Positions 9,801 through 20,777 of a stretch of 64,000 nt of DNA are shown one piece after another (the first letter of the stretch is position 1; every line of letters starts with the position of its first letter). The stretch is from assembly GCA_963753975.1 (NCBI GenBank), contig CAVWEH010000002.1, positions 684,919 through 748,918 on the forward strand, read 5' to 3'. A program made the position numbers and the translations under genes. The DNA is from an uncultured delta proteobacterium (GTDB taxonomy: Bacteria > Desulfobacterota > Syntrophia > Syntrophales > Smithellaceae). The notes below the pieces were generated by a model, which made no database searches, had not been told where the DNA came from, and saw only the letters and a list, made by a program, of their open reading frames with translations.

Positions 9801-9930
9801 AAATGACCTCCTTTATTTGATTATTATGTTGTGTTAACAACTAATTATTTTATTGTTGTAATCGTTCTTTTTTTACTTAAATTGAATACTATAGCTCACA
9901 TTCCCCGCAACTTATGGTGGAGAGCTCCAC

Positions 9931-10548
9931 TTAATCTTTACGTGCCAATTTTGCAGCAATTTGAGCAACATGCTTGCCCTGGTATCTTGCGGCCTGCAGT
10001 TCATTTTCGCTGGGCATTCTTTCACCCTTACCGCCAGCAATGGTGGAAGCGCCATAAGGAGATGAACCGGTGATTTCATCAATACGCATTTGCCCTCCAA
10101 AAGCATAAGGCAAGCCTACAATGATCATTCCTTGATGAAGCAGGGTAGTATGGAAGCTGAGGATTGTTGATTCCTGGCCTCCATGTTGTGTTGCCGAGCT
10201 GGTAAAGACACTTCCTACTTTACCGACAAGAAGCCCCTTGGCCCAAACCCCTCCCGTGGAATCGAGAAATTGACGCATCTGACCGCACATATTGCCGAAA
10301 CGCGTCGGTGTGCCGAATATAATTGCATCAGCAGAAACCAAATCGTCTGCAGTACAAACATTAATCTGAGCAGTTTTCTTCTGAAAATCCAGGGCTCCCA
10401 TTTTCTTTAAAGCGTCAGCGGGCAAAGTTTCCGGTACGCGATAGATTTTCACTTCGGCGCCTCTGACCTGTTTTACGCCTTCAGCTACTGCTTCAGCCAT
10501 TTTATATATATGACCATACATCGAGTAATAAACGATTAGAACCTTCAT
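9931..10548 (-). CDS. wrbA: NAD(P)H:quinone oxidoreductase, WrbA-type flavodoxin-like protein
   Basis: 205 aa. [24 protein letters not shown] ... [10 protein letters not shown] ... GGQE signature of WrbA. Confidence 0.9.
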   Translation of the reverse strand: MKVLIVYYSMYGHIYKMAEAVAEGVKQVRGAEVKIYRVPETLPADALKKMGALDFQKKTAQINVCTADDLVSADAIIFGTPTRFGNMCGQMRQFLDSTGGVWAKGLLVGKVGSVFTSSATQHGGQESTILSFHTTLLHQGMIIVGLPYAFGGQMRIDEITGSSPYGASTIAGGKGERMPSENELQAARYQGKHVAQIAAKLARKD

Positions 10549-10765
10549 AACCTTCTTATCCTTCCCTTTGATGACTTTTCAGTTGGAATGAAATAATTAT
10601 TCTTATCGCTGTTCTTCCTTACGGATTTCATCTTGCGACTGTAAATTAATGTAAGGGGTGAATGAAAACAATACTGATTAATTGTAAGGGAAATAGTAGG
10701 TAATGCCTACCACCCCTTTAAAAGATGATGAAACTTACAAAGGGGATTAAAAGAGAAAAATTTTA

Positions 10766-11854
10766 TTATTCTCGCCTCATGACATGTACAGCAGTGGCTT
10801 TGAAGGACACGACTACATTTGAATTTTCACGTATGCCCAGATCCTCGCAAGAAGGCGTGGTGATATAAGCAACGAGAGAAAAACCGCAGTCCAAAACGAG
10901 TTTATAAAAAAACCCTTGCCGGACAATTTTCCCAATTTTTGCGTCAAAGATATTACGCGCGCTTATTTTGCCCTGTGTATCTTTGGATATCGTAATATTT
11001 TCCGGCCGTAAACAACAGTGAACATTTTGTCCCGGAGCGAAATTGCCTACGGCTTCAATAATTTTTCCAGCTACGGAAATCTCCATCAGGCCTGCATTGC
11101 TGCTTTTGACAGTGCCTTCCAAAACCGATTCTGTTCCGACGAAGTTAGCTATAAATTCATCAGCCGGCTGATTAAATATTTCTGCAGTTGTTCCCGATTG
11201 CACGATTTTACCGCCGTTCATGAACGCAACATTCTGTGCCAAACGCAGTGTTTCTTCTCGGTCGTGCAGCGCCACCACGGCCGTTATTTTTGTTTCCTTT
11301 AAAATCCGCTGCAAATCGTCAATGATGGCTTCACGGGAAGGCGGATCAAGAGAGTTAAAGGGTTCATCCAATAAAATCAGTTGGGGCTGAAGGGCAAAAG
11401 CGCGCGCCAGTGATACCCTTCTGGCTTCACCTCCCGAAAGTGATTTCGCCGATCTTTTTTCCAGTTGCGCGATTCCAAAATAATCCAATGATTCGCCAAC
11501 ACGATTTTTGATCTCATAATTTTTTACTTTTCGAAATTTCAAACCAAGGGCAACATTTTCATAAACCGAACTACTAAGAAGTAAGGGCTCCTGAAAAACG
11601 ACGGCTGCGTTGCGGCGGAGAATCATGCGGTCAACACGCGAATTTATCGGCAATTCTTGGAAATAGAGCTGTCCCTGCCAAGGCTTCAACAAACCGGCCA
11701 TCGTTAAAAGCAGGCTGGACTTCCCGGCACCGTTGGGTCCGATCAAGACGAATATTTTCCCCCGTTCCACAGTGAGTTCGCTAATATTCAATACAGCTAC
11801 ACCGCCGCGCTGAACGATTAAATTTTTAACGGTAAGAATATTCTCAGATTTCAT
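10766..11854 (-). CDS. tupC: ABC transporter ATPase with C-terminal TOBE domain (tungstate/molybdate type)
   Basis: Walker A GPNGAGKSS, signature LSGGEARR, Walker B LILLDEP. The C-terminal ~120 aa is TOBE-like. 4-bp overlap with the permease gene. Confidence 0.8.
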   Translation of the reverse strand: MKSENILTVKNLIVQRGGVAVLNISELTVERGKIFVLIGPNGAGKSSLLLTMAGLLKPWQGQLYFQELPINSRVDRMILRRNAAVVFQEPLLLSSSVYENVALGLKFRKVKNYEIKNRVGESLDYFGIAQLEKRSAKSLSGGEARRVSLARAFALQPQLILLDEPFNSLDPPSREAIIDDLQRILKETKITAVVALHDREETLRLAQNVAFMNGGKIVQSGTTAEIFNQPADEFIANFVGTESVLEGTVKSSNAGLMEISVAGKIIEAVGNFAPGQNVHCCLRPENITISKDTQGKISARNIFDAKIGKIVRQGFFYKLVLDCGFSLVAYITTPSCEDLGIRENSNVVVSFKATAVHVMRRE

Positions 11855-12549
11855 CGCGTATGCTGCCTTTGCTGTATCTGCGTGAGCAGGAGATTAACGA
11901 GGAAGGCGAGCAGCAGCAGGATAATACTCAGCGCAATAGCGATGTCAAAATTTCCTTTGCCGGTTTCCATAACCGTGGCTGTGGTGAGCACGCGTGAATA
12001 CCCCTTGATATTACCGCCGACCATGATGGAAGCACCAACTTCGGAAATCACTCCTCCAAAACCGGCCATAACCGCCGCCAGAAGCGGCAACTTTGCTTCT
12101 TTGATCAATACCCACACCATCTGCAACCGGCTTGCTCCCAGCGAAAGAATCTGCATGCGCAAATTTGGCGGCAAATTTTGCATGGCGGCAAGCGAGATAC
12201 CCATTACAATGGGCGTAGCAATAATTGCCTGCGCGACAATCATAGCGGTTGGTGTATAAAGAATCTCCATAAACCCTAGAGGACCGCTGCGCCAAATCAT
12301 GATAGTCACAAACAATCCAACAACGACGGGTGGCAAGCCCATCCCCGTATTGATTAAACTGATGACCAGCCTCTTCCCGCGAAAATTGGTTAAAGCAATG
12401 GCTGTTCCAATGGAAACCCCGATGAAAAGGCTGATGAATGTAGCTGTCCCCGATACCTTCAGAGACAGCCATGTAATGCCCAAAACTTCCGGGTCAAAAG
12501 AAATAATCAGCTCAAATGCCTTGATAACGCCTTGTAATATTAATTCCAA
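11851..12549 (-). CDS. tupB: ABC transporter permease (TupB-like)
   Basis: 232 aa, about 6 TM segments, EAA-like loop (LSLGASRLQMVWVLIKEAKLP). Confidence 0.8.
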   Translation of the reverse strand: MELILQGVIKAFELIISFDPEVLGITWLSLKVSGTATFISLFIGVSIGTAIALTNFRGKRLVISLINTGMGLPPVVVGLFVTIMIWRSGPLGFMEILYTPTAMIVAQAIIATPIVMGISLAAMQNLPPNLRMQILSLGASRLQMVWVLIKEAKLPLLAAVMAGFGGVISEVGASIMVGGNIKGYSRVLTTATVMETGKGNFDIAIALSIILLLLAFLVNLLLTQIQQRQHTR

Positions 12550-12573
12550 TCAATGCCTCTGACAATTCTATTG

Positions 12574-13446
12574 CTATTTTCCTAAATCTTCCATCGTTTT
12601 GCCCGCGTCGGGGAAGAACAAAGGCGAACCGAATTTATCCACGCCGAATGTTTTAATTATTTCCTGCGTTTTTTTGGAGATCATAAAATCGGCAAATGCT
12701 TTCGCACCGGCCGCGTTGACTTTCGACCATTTAGCGCTGTTGACTTCAATCACGTGATAAATATTGAGCAGCGCCGCATCGCCTTCCACCAGAATATCCA
12801 ATCCCAGATTTTTCTTGAGGGCTAAATAGGTTCCACGGTCGGCGAGCGTATAGCCTTTTTTCTCCGCCGCAACATTCAAAGTCTGTCCCATACCTAATCC
12901 GGTTTCCTGATACCAATTCTGCCCGACAGGATTGATCTCTGCTTTATTCCATATTTTTTTTTCTTTCGCATCTGTTCCCGAATTATCTCCGCGCGATAAA
13001 AACAAAGCGTTCGCTTTAGCAATCAACTTAAGTGTTTCAGACGATGATTTCATCCCTTTAATTTTGGCCGGATCAGCACCCGGTCCGACAATAATGAAAT
13101 CATTGTGCATCACTAAACGCCGGTTGATGCCATAACCCTCATCGATAAACTTTTTTTCTGCATCCGGTGAATGAACAAGCAGGACATCCGCTTCGCCCCT
13201 CTGTCCCATCGCCATGGCCTGACCGGAACCGACAGCAATAGTCTTGACAAAGTAGCCTGTTTGTTTTTCAAATATAGGAATCAGCACATCGAGCAATCCT
13301 GAGTCCTGCGTGCTCGTCGTTGTCGCCAGAAGAATGTTTTTCTGTTTGGATTGCGGCTTGGCGGCTAAAGAATTTGATGCGCCAAAGGCAAATAATACCG
13401 CCGTGATGAATATAATGATTAATTTATTGTTTCTTAATAATTTCAT
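12574..13446 (-). CDS. tupA: Periplasmic tungstate-binding protein (TupA family)
   Basis: Signal peptide. Canonical TupA anion-binding motif ATTTSTQDSGLLDVL. Also VHSPDAEKKF and RGDNSGT. Confidence 0.8.
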   Translation of the reverse strand: MKLLRNNKLIIIFITAVLFAFGASNSLAAKPQSKQKNILLATTTSTQDSGLLDVLIPIFEKQTGYFVKTIAVGSGQAMAMGQRGEADVLLVHSPDAEKKFIDEGYGINRRLVMHNDFIIVGPGADPAKIKGMKSSSETLKLIAKANALFLSRGDNSGTDAKEKKIWNKAEINPVGQNWYQETGLGMGQTLNVAAEKKGYTLADRGTYLALKKNLGLDILVEGDAALLNIYHVIEVNSAKWSKVNAAGAKAFADFMISKKTQEIIKTFGVDKFGSPLFFPDAGKTMEDLGK

Positions 13447-13462
13447 TTTACACTCCTTGTAA

Positions 13463-14341
13463 TTAAAATATTTTGATTTGTTTTATTTTTCTCTGAGCTC
13501 TCTGCCATTCTAGAGAATTAGGGAAAAATAGGGGCGAACCGTATTTATCCTTGCCAAAATCCCGGATAATGAGCTGTCCTTTTTTAGGCGAGGTCAGCCA
13601 TTTAACAAAGGTTATCGTATCATTGTGATTAACTTTGGGGAATTTTTTTGGATTAACCGGTATGAGTGAAATATAATTTAAAAGAGCTTCATCACTTTCG
13701 ACCAGAATGGCCAGCTTAATTTGATCCTTCAGCGATAGATATGTAGCGCGGTCAATCAATGTATAGGCCGCCTGCCGATCCGTGTATTTCAATGTGGCGA
13801 CATTCCCCTCCGCACCTTTTTCATAAATCACATACCATGATCTTTCCGGCTTGACGTCCGCTTTTTTCCAGAGCTCCATTTCCGCCACATTGGTCCCTGA
13901 TTTATCCCCGCGGCTGATAAAAGTAGAGCCGCTGGTCATAATTTTTTTTAGTGCCTCCGTCGCTATTTTTGATCCCTTAATGGCGGCGGGATCGGCAGCA
14001 GGCCCAACAATAACAAAATCATTGTACATGAGAGGAATTCTTCGTGTACCGAAACCATCAGCGACAAACTTTTCTTCCAAAGATTTGGCGTGAACCATCA
14101 CCAAGTCGATCTGGCCTTTCGTAGCCATATCCAGTGCTGCGCCTGTTCCCGCGCCCACGTGGCGAACACGAATACCCGTATCTTTTTCAAACCTATCTTC
14201 TAAAACGCTGACAATTCCCGAGTCAATGGGGCCGATGGTGCTGGATAACAGGATAAACTTATACCCACCTCCTGCCAGTGCAATAGACGGGAAAACTAAA
14301 AGAAGTAAGACTAAACATTTACCAATACTTTTTTTCATCAT
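13463..14341 (-). CDS. Second TupA-like periplasmic binding protein with a divergent anion motif
   Basis: 292 aa, signal peptide, same fold markers (VHAKSLEEKF, RGDKSGT). The TTTST motif is replaced by SSTIGPIDSG. Confidence 0.7.
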   Translation of the reverse strand: MMKKSIGKCLVLLLLVFPSIALAGGGYKFILLSSTIGPIDSGIVSVLEDRFEKDTGIRVRHVGAGTGAALDMATKGQIDLVMVHAKSLEEKFVADGFGTRRIPLMYNDFVIVGPAADPAAIKGSKIATEALKKIMTSGSTFISRGDKSGTNVAEMELWKKADVKPERSWYVIYEKGAEGNVATLKYTDRQAAYTLIDRATYLSLKDQIKLAILVESDEALLNYISLIPVNPKKFPKVNHNDTITFVKWLTSPKKGQLIIRDFGKDKYGSPLFFPNSLEWQRAQRKIKQIKIF

Positions 14342-14383
14342 CCCCGACTCCTTTTCTTACTTTAATATTTTATAGAGAATAGA

Positions 14384-15301
14384 TCATTGCTGGGAATAAA
14401 GAATTTTCCCGGAGTCTCTGAAATCATAACCGCCGATTTTTTCCACACGGCCGCGGAATGCATTCGATTTTAGTGTCTCGATGAATGATTGCACGCCCGC
14501 TTGAAAATACGTGGATTGATCAAGAATCATATCAAAGCATTCTGAAGTTATAGGCTCAAAAGCCAGCCTTAAAAGCTTTCCTATGGCGGCAGAGGCTATA
14601 CCAACATCGGCTTCACCGGAAAGAATAGAAAGGCCTACCTCAAAATGAGTATAAACTTCTTTTTCATACCCATCGATTTCTTCAGGATCAATTCCCAATT
14701 TCTGTAAATGATAATCCAAAAGCAGCCTCGTTCCCGAACCTTTTTGGCGGTTGATGAAACTAATTTTTCTGCCGGCAAGGCTTTCAAATCCGGTAATATG
14801 AGAAGATTTACTTTGCTGACACAGAAAACCCAGCTCGCGATAAAAGAGGTTGACAACCACGGGGTTAACGTTTTGCAGATAGCGGGGCAAATACGGGATA
14901 TTATATTGACCGCTTTCGGGATCGAAAAGATGGGATAAGGCAATATCGGTCAATCCTTCATTGAGCGCTTTTAGACCATTAACGCTTCCGGTGTTGGCTG
15001 AAAAAATATAAAAATCGGGATGAGATTTTTTTGTCGCGGTCAAGAGCATGTCCAAAACGGGATCGTTACTGCCGGAGGCTAGAATAGCGCCGCTAATTCT
15101 ATTGCTCTTATTTCGTGCTTGTTTCAGACCGGATTGCGCATTAGTTTCAATCCATTCATCGATAAATTTTTTGGGGAATATCCACTTGCCTGTTACCCGC
15201 GTGCAGGGAATTCGTCCGGCTTTAATCAAGGCGTAAACCTGTTTTTCGTGGATATCAAGATATTCAGCCACTTCCTTAGTATTCATTAATTCTTCAGACA
15301 T
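14384..15301 (-). CDS. Transcriptional regulator: excisionase/MerR-type HTH fused to a PBP-like oxyanion-binding domain
   Basis: N-terminus MNTKEVAEYLDIHEKQVYALIKAGRIPCTRVTGKWIFPK. The C-terminal ~230 aa is PBP-like (COG1910-type architecture). Sits at the head of the tup locus. Confidence 0.7.
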   Translation of the reverse strand: MSEELMNTKEVAEYLDIHEKQVYALIKAGRIPCTRVTGKWIFPKKFIDEWIETNAQSGLKQARNKSNRISGAILASGSNDPVLDMLLTATKKSHPDFYIFSANTGSVNGLKALNEGLTDIALSHLFDPESGQYNIPYLPRYLQNVNPVVVNLFYRELGFLCQQSKSSHITGFESLAGRKISFINRQKGSGTRLLLDYHLQKLGIDPEEIDGYEKEVYTHFEVGLSILSGEADVGIASAAIGKLLRLAFEPITSECFDMILDQSTYFQAGVQSFIETLKSNAFRGRVEKIGGYDFRDSGKILYSQQ

Positions 15302-15514
15302 AACACCCCCTAATAGACAGTTTTTTACATAAACGATGCCGACAAGAACTTCAAGGTATATTATTGTAAATCTTTACTAATTCCTACTTATTATTCCAAG
15401 AATCATGTTTAGCAGCCGTATAATTATAGCTTCATACAAAAAATTTCTTGACAAAAGAAAAATAAATGATACACCTGTTTCAAATATTTGTTTAAAGTGA
15501 TTGTTTCAATTAAT

Positions 15515-16144
15515 ATGATCGCTGAAAAAAAAGTAAAACCGAGGGTAGAATCAATACTGAAAGCAGCCGGGGAAATATTTGCTGAACAAGGCTTTCGCAA
15601 AACTACCGTACGGGAAATATGTAAGCGCTCCCGGGTAAACTTAGCAGCAATAAACTATTATTTCGGCGACAAAGAAAGATTATATCTGGCCGTTTTAAAA
15701 TATTACCGTGAACTTGCTATACAAAAATACCCCCTTACTTTCAGCATCAATGAAACGGATACACCCAAAGATAAGCTCAGTAATTTTATTCATACTTTTA
15801 TCTATCGTTTTCTGGAAAAAGGAAAAACTTCATTATTTGGCAAACTTCTTGCCCGGGAATTTACCGAATCTACCGCGGCGTTAGATGTTTTAGTGGAAGA
15901 CTTCATCAAGCCAACGTTTATCAAATTATCCTCTATCGTCAGAGAAATTGTGGGCAATAAACCTCCTGACAAAATAATAGAACTTTGTGCTATGAGTATT
16001 ATTGGTCAATGTCTTTATTTCCGTAATGCCCGGCCTATTATTTTCCGGCTGCGGCATAAAGAAGGATATACTGACGAAGACATAAAAGAAATAGCCGAAC
16101 ACATAATAAATTTTTCACTAAAAGGGTTGCTTAACTATCAATAA
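15515..16144 (+). CDS. TetR/AcrR-family regulator upstream of the RND operon
   Basis: TetR HTH (FAEQGFRKTTVREICKRSRVNLAAINYYFGDKERLY). ATG at 15515 is preferred over the TTG at 15488. Confidence 0.85.
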   Translation: MIAEKKVKPRVESILKAAGEIFAEQGFRKTTVREICKRSRVNLAAINYYFGDKERLYLAVLKYYRELAIQKYPLTFSINETDTPKDKLSNFIHTFIYRFLEKGKTSLFGKLLAREFTESTAALDVLVEDFIKPTFIKLSSIVREIVGNKPPDKIIELCAMSIIGQCLYFRNARPIIFRLRHKEGYTDEDIKEIAEHIINFSLKGLLNYQ

Positions 16145-16315
16145 CATATAAACTATGATCAGATAATAAATGTCGAGAAAAATATTACTCAACATCATCT
16201 TAATTTTTATTATCCGGTCAAAATGTTTCGGTAACGTATATAATTACCAAAGATACAAAACTCAATGTGCAGCAAAGCATTGAAATTATCAAAAAAGGAA
16301 TAGGTAAAATTTGGC

Positions 16316-17594
16316 ATGAATCAACCATCAAAGCTGGAAACTCACACTGGACCTCATTTAACCAGAATTCAAAGATTCTTTCATTTTATCCGCCGCCACT
16401 GGATAATTATTATTGTATCCATTGTAATTATCATTGCGGGCAAAATATTCCTTGTGCCAAACATGGTGAAGTTTGGTACAGGTAAAAAATCTTTTGATCA
16501 GCCTCCACAGCCTGTAACGGCCTTAATGACAAATAAAGCTGATTTTGATGTATATCTGAAAGGGTTAGGTACCGTCATTCCCACAAACACCGTTACTGTC
16601 AAATCTCAGGTCAGTGGCCAGCTAATGAGCGTGCACTTTAAAGAAGGACAGCATGTTAATAAAGGTGACTTGATTGCAGAAATTGATCCACGCCCTTTCC
16701 AGGTTCAACTTATGCAGGCCGAAGGGCAGCTTGCCCGTGACGAAGCGTTTCTGAAAAACGCCGAGAGCTGATCTGGCGCTTTACAAACAGTTGCTTGCCC
16801 AGGATTCTATTGCCGCGCAACAGGTAACAACGCAGGAATCATTGGTGAAGCAGTACCGCGGTGTAATTGAAACAGACAAGGGTCAAATCGCCAATGCTAA
16901 ACTCCAGCTTACTTATGCCCGCGTTATCGCCCCGATTACCGGACGCGTCGGTTTGCGGCAAGTTGATCCCGGCAATATGGTTCAGGTTAACGATCCCAAC
17001 GGTATAGTGGTAATCACACAACTGCAACCGATCACAGTCGTATTTTCACTGCCTCAGGACAATTTGACGATTTTGATGAAACGCTGGAATGCCGGGACAA
17101 CCTTACCTGTCCAGGCCTATGATCAGGAAGGCAAGATATTACTGGCCAGCGGCAAACTGCTCGCAATTGACAATCAGATCGATACTACAACAGGAACAAT
17201 TAAACTGAAGGCGATATTTGACAATAAAGATAACAAACTTTTTCCCAACCAGTTTGTTAATGTTCGGCTGAAAGTGGATACTCTTCGTGATGCAACTGTA
17301 ATGTCCACTGCTGCAGTGCAGCGCGGCAGTATCGGTACTTTTGCTTATGTGGTCAAAGATGACAAAAGTGTAACTGTAAGGATGTTGAAACTAGGACCTA
17401 CTGAAGGCGATAATGTCGTCGTAATGGAAGGCCTGGTACCCGGAGAATTGGTGGTGACCGTCGGAGGTGATAAACTGCGTGAAGGCACCAAAGTAGAGAT
17501 TATGACGCCGAACAGTAAAGAAGCATCAGTGCGTACAGACAAAACAACCACAGCTCCCAAACAAAAAACGCGGCAGACTTCAGCACCAAAGTAA
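16316..17594 (+). CDS. mdtA: RND membrane-fusion protein (MdtA-like), one frameshift near 16765
   Basis: Track ORFs 16316..16771 and 16791..17594 join as ...[11 protein letters not shown]|[20 protein letters not shown]... The HlyD-type lipoyl and beta-barrel segments are recognisable. Confidence 0.75.
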
Positions 17595-17655
17595 ACTATG
17601 TCGGCTTTGATTCTCGTCTATATAATTACCGCACCTCAATAAGATAGGCAAATAT

Positions 17656-20600
17656 ATGAATCCTTCACGTCCTTTCATCTTGCGTCCCGTGGCTACATCA
17701 TTGTTCATGGCCGCGATTCTGCTTGCGGGCATTATCGCTTATCATGTACTGCCTATTTCCGCGCTGCCTCAGGTTGATTACCCGACTATTCAGGTTGTGA
17801 CCCTTTATCCCGGAGCAAGTCCGGACGTTGTTACTTCCTCCATTACTGCGCCACTGGAGCGCCAATTCGGCCAGATGCCGGGACTGAATCAGATGTCTTC
17901 GACAAGCTCAGGCGGAGCATCGGTAATTACGCTGCAATTCAGTCTCAGCCTGAACCTCGATGTTGCGGAGCAGGAAGTGCAGGCGGCAATCAATGCCGGC
18001 CACTAACTTTCTTCCCACAGATCTGCCGATGCCGCCGATCTACAGCAAAGTCAACCCGGCGGATGCACCGATTATGACTCTGGCGATAACATCCAAAACC
18101 TTGCCGTTGCCGAAAGTTCAGGATCTCATCGACACGCGTGTCGCCCAGAAAATATCGCAATTGCCGGGTGTCGGACTGGTCAGCATCAGCGGCGGACAAA
18201 GACCGGCGGTACGCATTCAGGCCAATCCCAAAGCACTGGCAGCCTATAATCTCACGCTGGAGGATTTGCGCACGACCATCGGCAATGCCAATGTCAACCA
18301 GGCCAAAGGCAGTTTTGACGGTCCGGAGCGCGCTTCCACAATCGACGCCAATGATCAGATCAAGTTGGCTGCAGAATATGAAAAAGTTATTGTTGCTTAC
18401 CGCAATGGCGCGCCGGTGCGCCTGACCGATGTAGCGGATGTCCGTGATGATGCTGAGAATGTCAGCCTGGCGGCCTGGCAAGATCAAACGCCGGCTGTTA
18501 TCGTGAATATTCAGCGTCAGCCGGGCGCCAATGTCATCGAGGTTGTCAATCGCATCAAGAATATAATTCCGCAATTGCGGTCATCACTGCCCGGTTCGGT
18601 TGACGTTATCATGCTGACCGACCGTACCACAACCATCCGGACATCAGTGAATGACGTTCAGTTTGAACTGATCCTGGCCGTTGCTCTCGTCGTTATGGTC
18701 ATTTTCCTTTTTCTGCGCAATCTATCGGCAACAATTATTCCGAGCATCGCCGTGCCGCTTTCGCTTATCGGAACATTCGGAGTCATGTACCTTTTCGGTT
18801 TCAGCATCAACAATCTGACTTTGATGGCCTTGACGATCTCGACCGGTTTTGTCGTGGATGACGCCATTGTTGTCATCGAAAATATCGCCCGTTATATCGA
18901 ACAGGGTTTGTCCCCAATGGAGGCCGCCCTCAAGGGTTCGGCGCAGATTGCCTTTACAATCATTTCGCTTACTTTTTCCCTGATCGCCGTTTTGATTCCT
19001 CTTCTTTTCATGGGAGATGTTGTGGGACGACTTTTCCGGGAATTTGCGATCACCCTGGCCGTCGCCATATTGATTTCGGCGGTTATTTCGCTGACGCTTA
19101 CACCGATGATGTGCTCCAAGCTGTTGCGGCATGTGCCGGAAGAAAAGCAAGGACGTTTTTATCACCAAAGCGGCTTGTTTTTTGAAAGGACAATTGCCCG
19201 CTACGGCAAGATGCTCACCTGGGTTCTTGATCATCAGAAAGCCACACTGCTGGTGGCCATTGCTACGCTTGGTGCTGACAATTCTTTTGTATATCTTCAT
19301 TCCCAAAGGGTTTCTTCCCCGTACAGGATACGGGCATGATTCTCGGCATATCGGAAGCACCGCAATCGATTTCTTTTTCCGCGATGGCCGAACGTCAGCA
19401 GGCGTTGGCTAAAGTGATTCTGCAGGACCCGGCCGTGGAAAGCCTGTCTTCCTTCATCGGCGTGGATGGAACCAATGTAACATTAAACAGCGGGCGCATG
19501 ATGATTAATCTGATACCGAAGAATAAACGCGATCTTGATGCTTCCGGCGTTATCCGCCGTTTACAGGCAAGACTTGCCGCAGCAGAAGGGATATCTCTTT
19601 ACATGCAGCCGGTGCAGGATCTGACGATTGAAGACAGGGTCAGCCGCACGCAGTATCAATTTACACTGGAGTGCGCCGATCCGGACGAACTGAGCCTTTG
19701 GACTCGCCGCCTTGTCGAGCGTATTTCTCACTCGCCATATCTTACCGATGTGGCCAGTGATTTACAGGATCAGGGATTGCAGGCTTATGTGGACATAGAC
19801 CGCAATGCGGCCGGCCGGCTCGGCATCACGACTGCTGCCATCGATAATATTCTTTATGACGCTTTCGGCCAGCGCCTTGTTTCCACGATATTCACGCAAT
19901 CAAACCAATACCGCGTTGTTCTGGAGGTAAAGCCTGATTATAAAAAAGGACCGGCAGCCCTGAATGATTTGTACATAACTTCGCAGTCCGGAACTCAGGT
20001 TCCTCTGGGGGCAATCGCGCGGATATCGGAAAAACCGACGCCGCTTGTCGTCAATCACCAGGGACAATTTCCCTGTGCCACAATTTCTTTTAATCTGGCG
20101 CCCGGAGCATCACTGGGAAATGCCGTCTCGGCTATCGAAAAAGCCGAGCGCGAAATAGGCATGCCGATCAGTGTCAAAACCGGTTTCCAGGGAACGGCTC
20201 TGGCTTTCCGGGCTTCGCTTACCGGCACGCTGTTCTTGATCCTGGCCGCCATCATCACGGTGTATATTGTCCTGGGCATTCTTTATGAAAGCTATATCCA
20301 TCCGATAACGATTCTATCCACTCTGCCTTCCGCCGGTGTCGGCGCCTTGCTGGCGCTGATGATTTCCGGAAATGATCTGGGAATTATCGGAATCATCGGC
20401 ATCATCCTGCTCATCGGCATCGTGAAGAAAAATGCCATTATGATGATTGACTTTGCCCTCGATGCCGAACGCAAAGAAGGCAAGACCGCCGCGGGAAGCA
20501 ATTTATCAGGCATCGCTTGCTGCGCTTCCGGCCGATTATGATGACGACCATGGCCGCCCTGCTGGGCGCACTGCCGTTGATGATCGGTACCGGAGTCGGA

Positions 20601-20756
20601 TCGGAGTTGCGCCATCCCCTGGGCATTACGATGGTGGGAGGGCTTATTTTGAGCCAGATTCTGACACTTTTTACAACACCGGTTATTTATCTGGCTTTTG
20701 ACAGCCTGAGCCGTCGAATCAGGGCGCGAAATTGGCCGTCATTCAGTAACCGCTGA
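17656..20756 (+). pseudogene. mdtB: RND inner-membrane pump (MdtB-like), about 5 frameshifts
   Basis: About 1033 codons spread over frames. Breaks near 17995, 19265, 19318, 20480 and 20515. Hallmarks include [26 protein letters not shown] and [20 protein letters not shown]. Confidence 0.8.
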
Positions 20757-20777
20757 TAAAGGCGATGGGACCGTATC

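Noticed and set aside
8885-10715. A shared GAAATAGTAG...CCTAC.AC palindromic box upstream of usp (8885..8915, minus orientation) and wrbA (10688..10712).
   Set aside because: Only a 10-mer core plus scattered matches (18/25) is shared. Matches of that size are expected by chance many times in 64 kb. There is no third copy and no known regulator motif.
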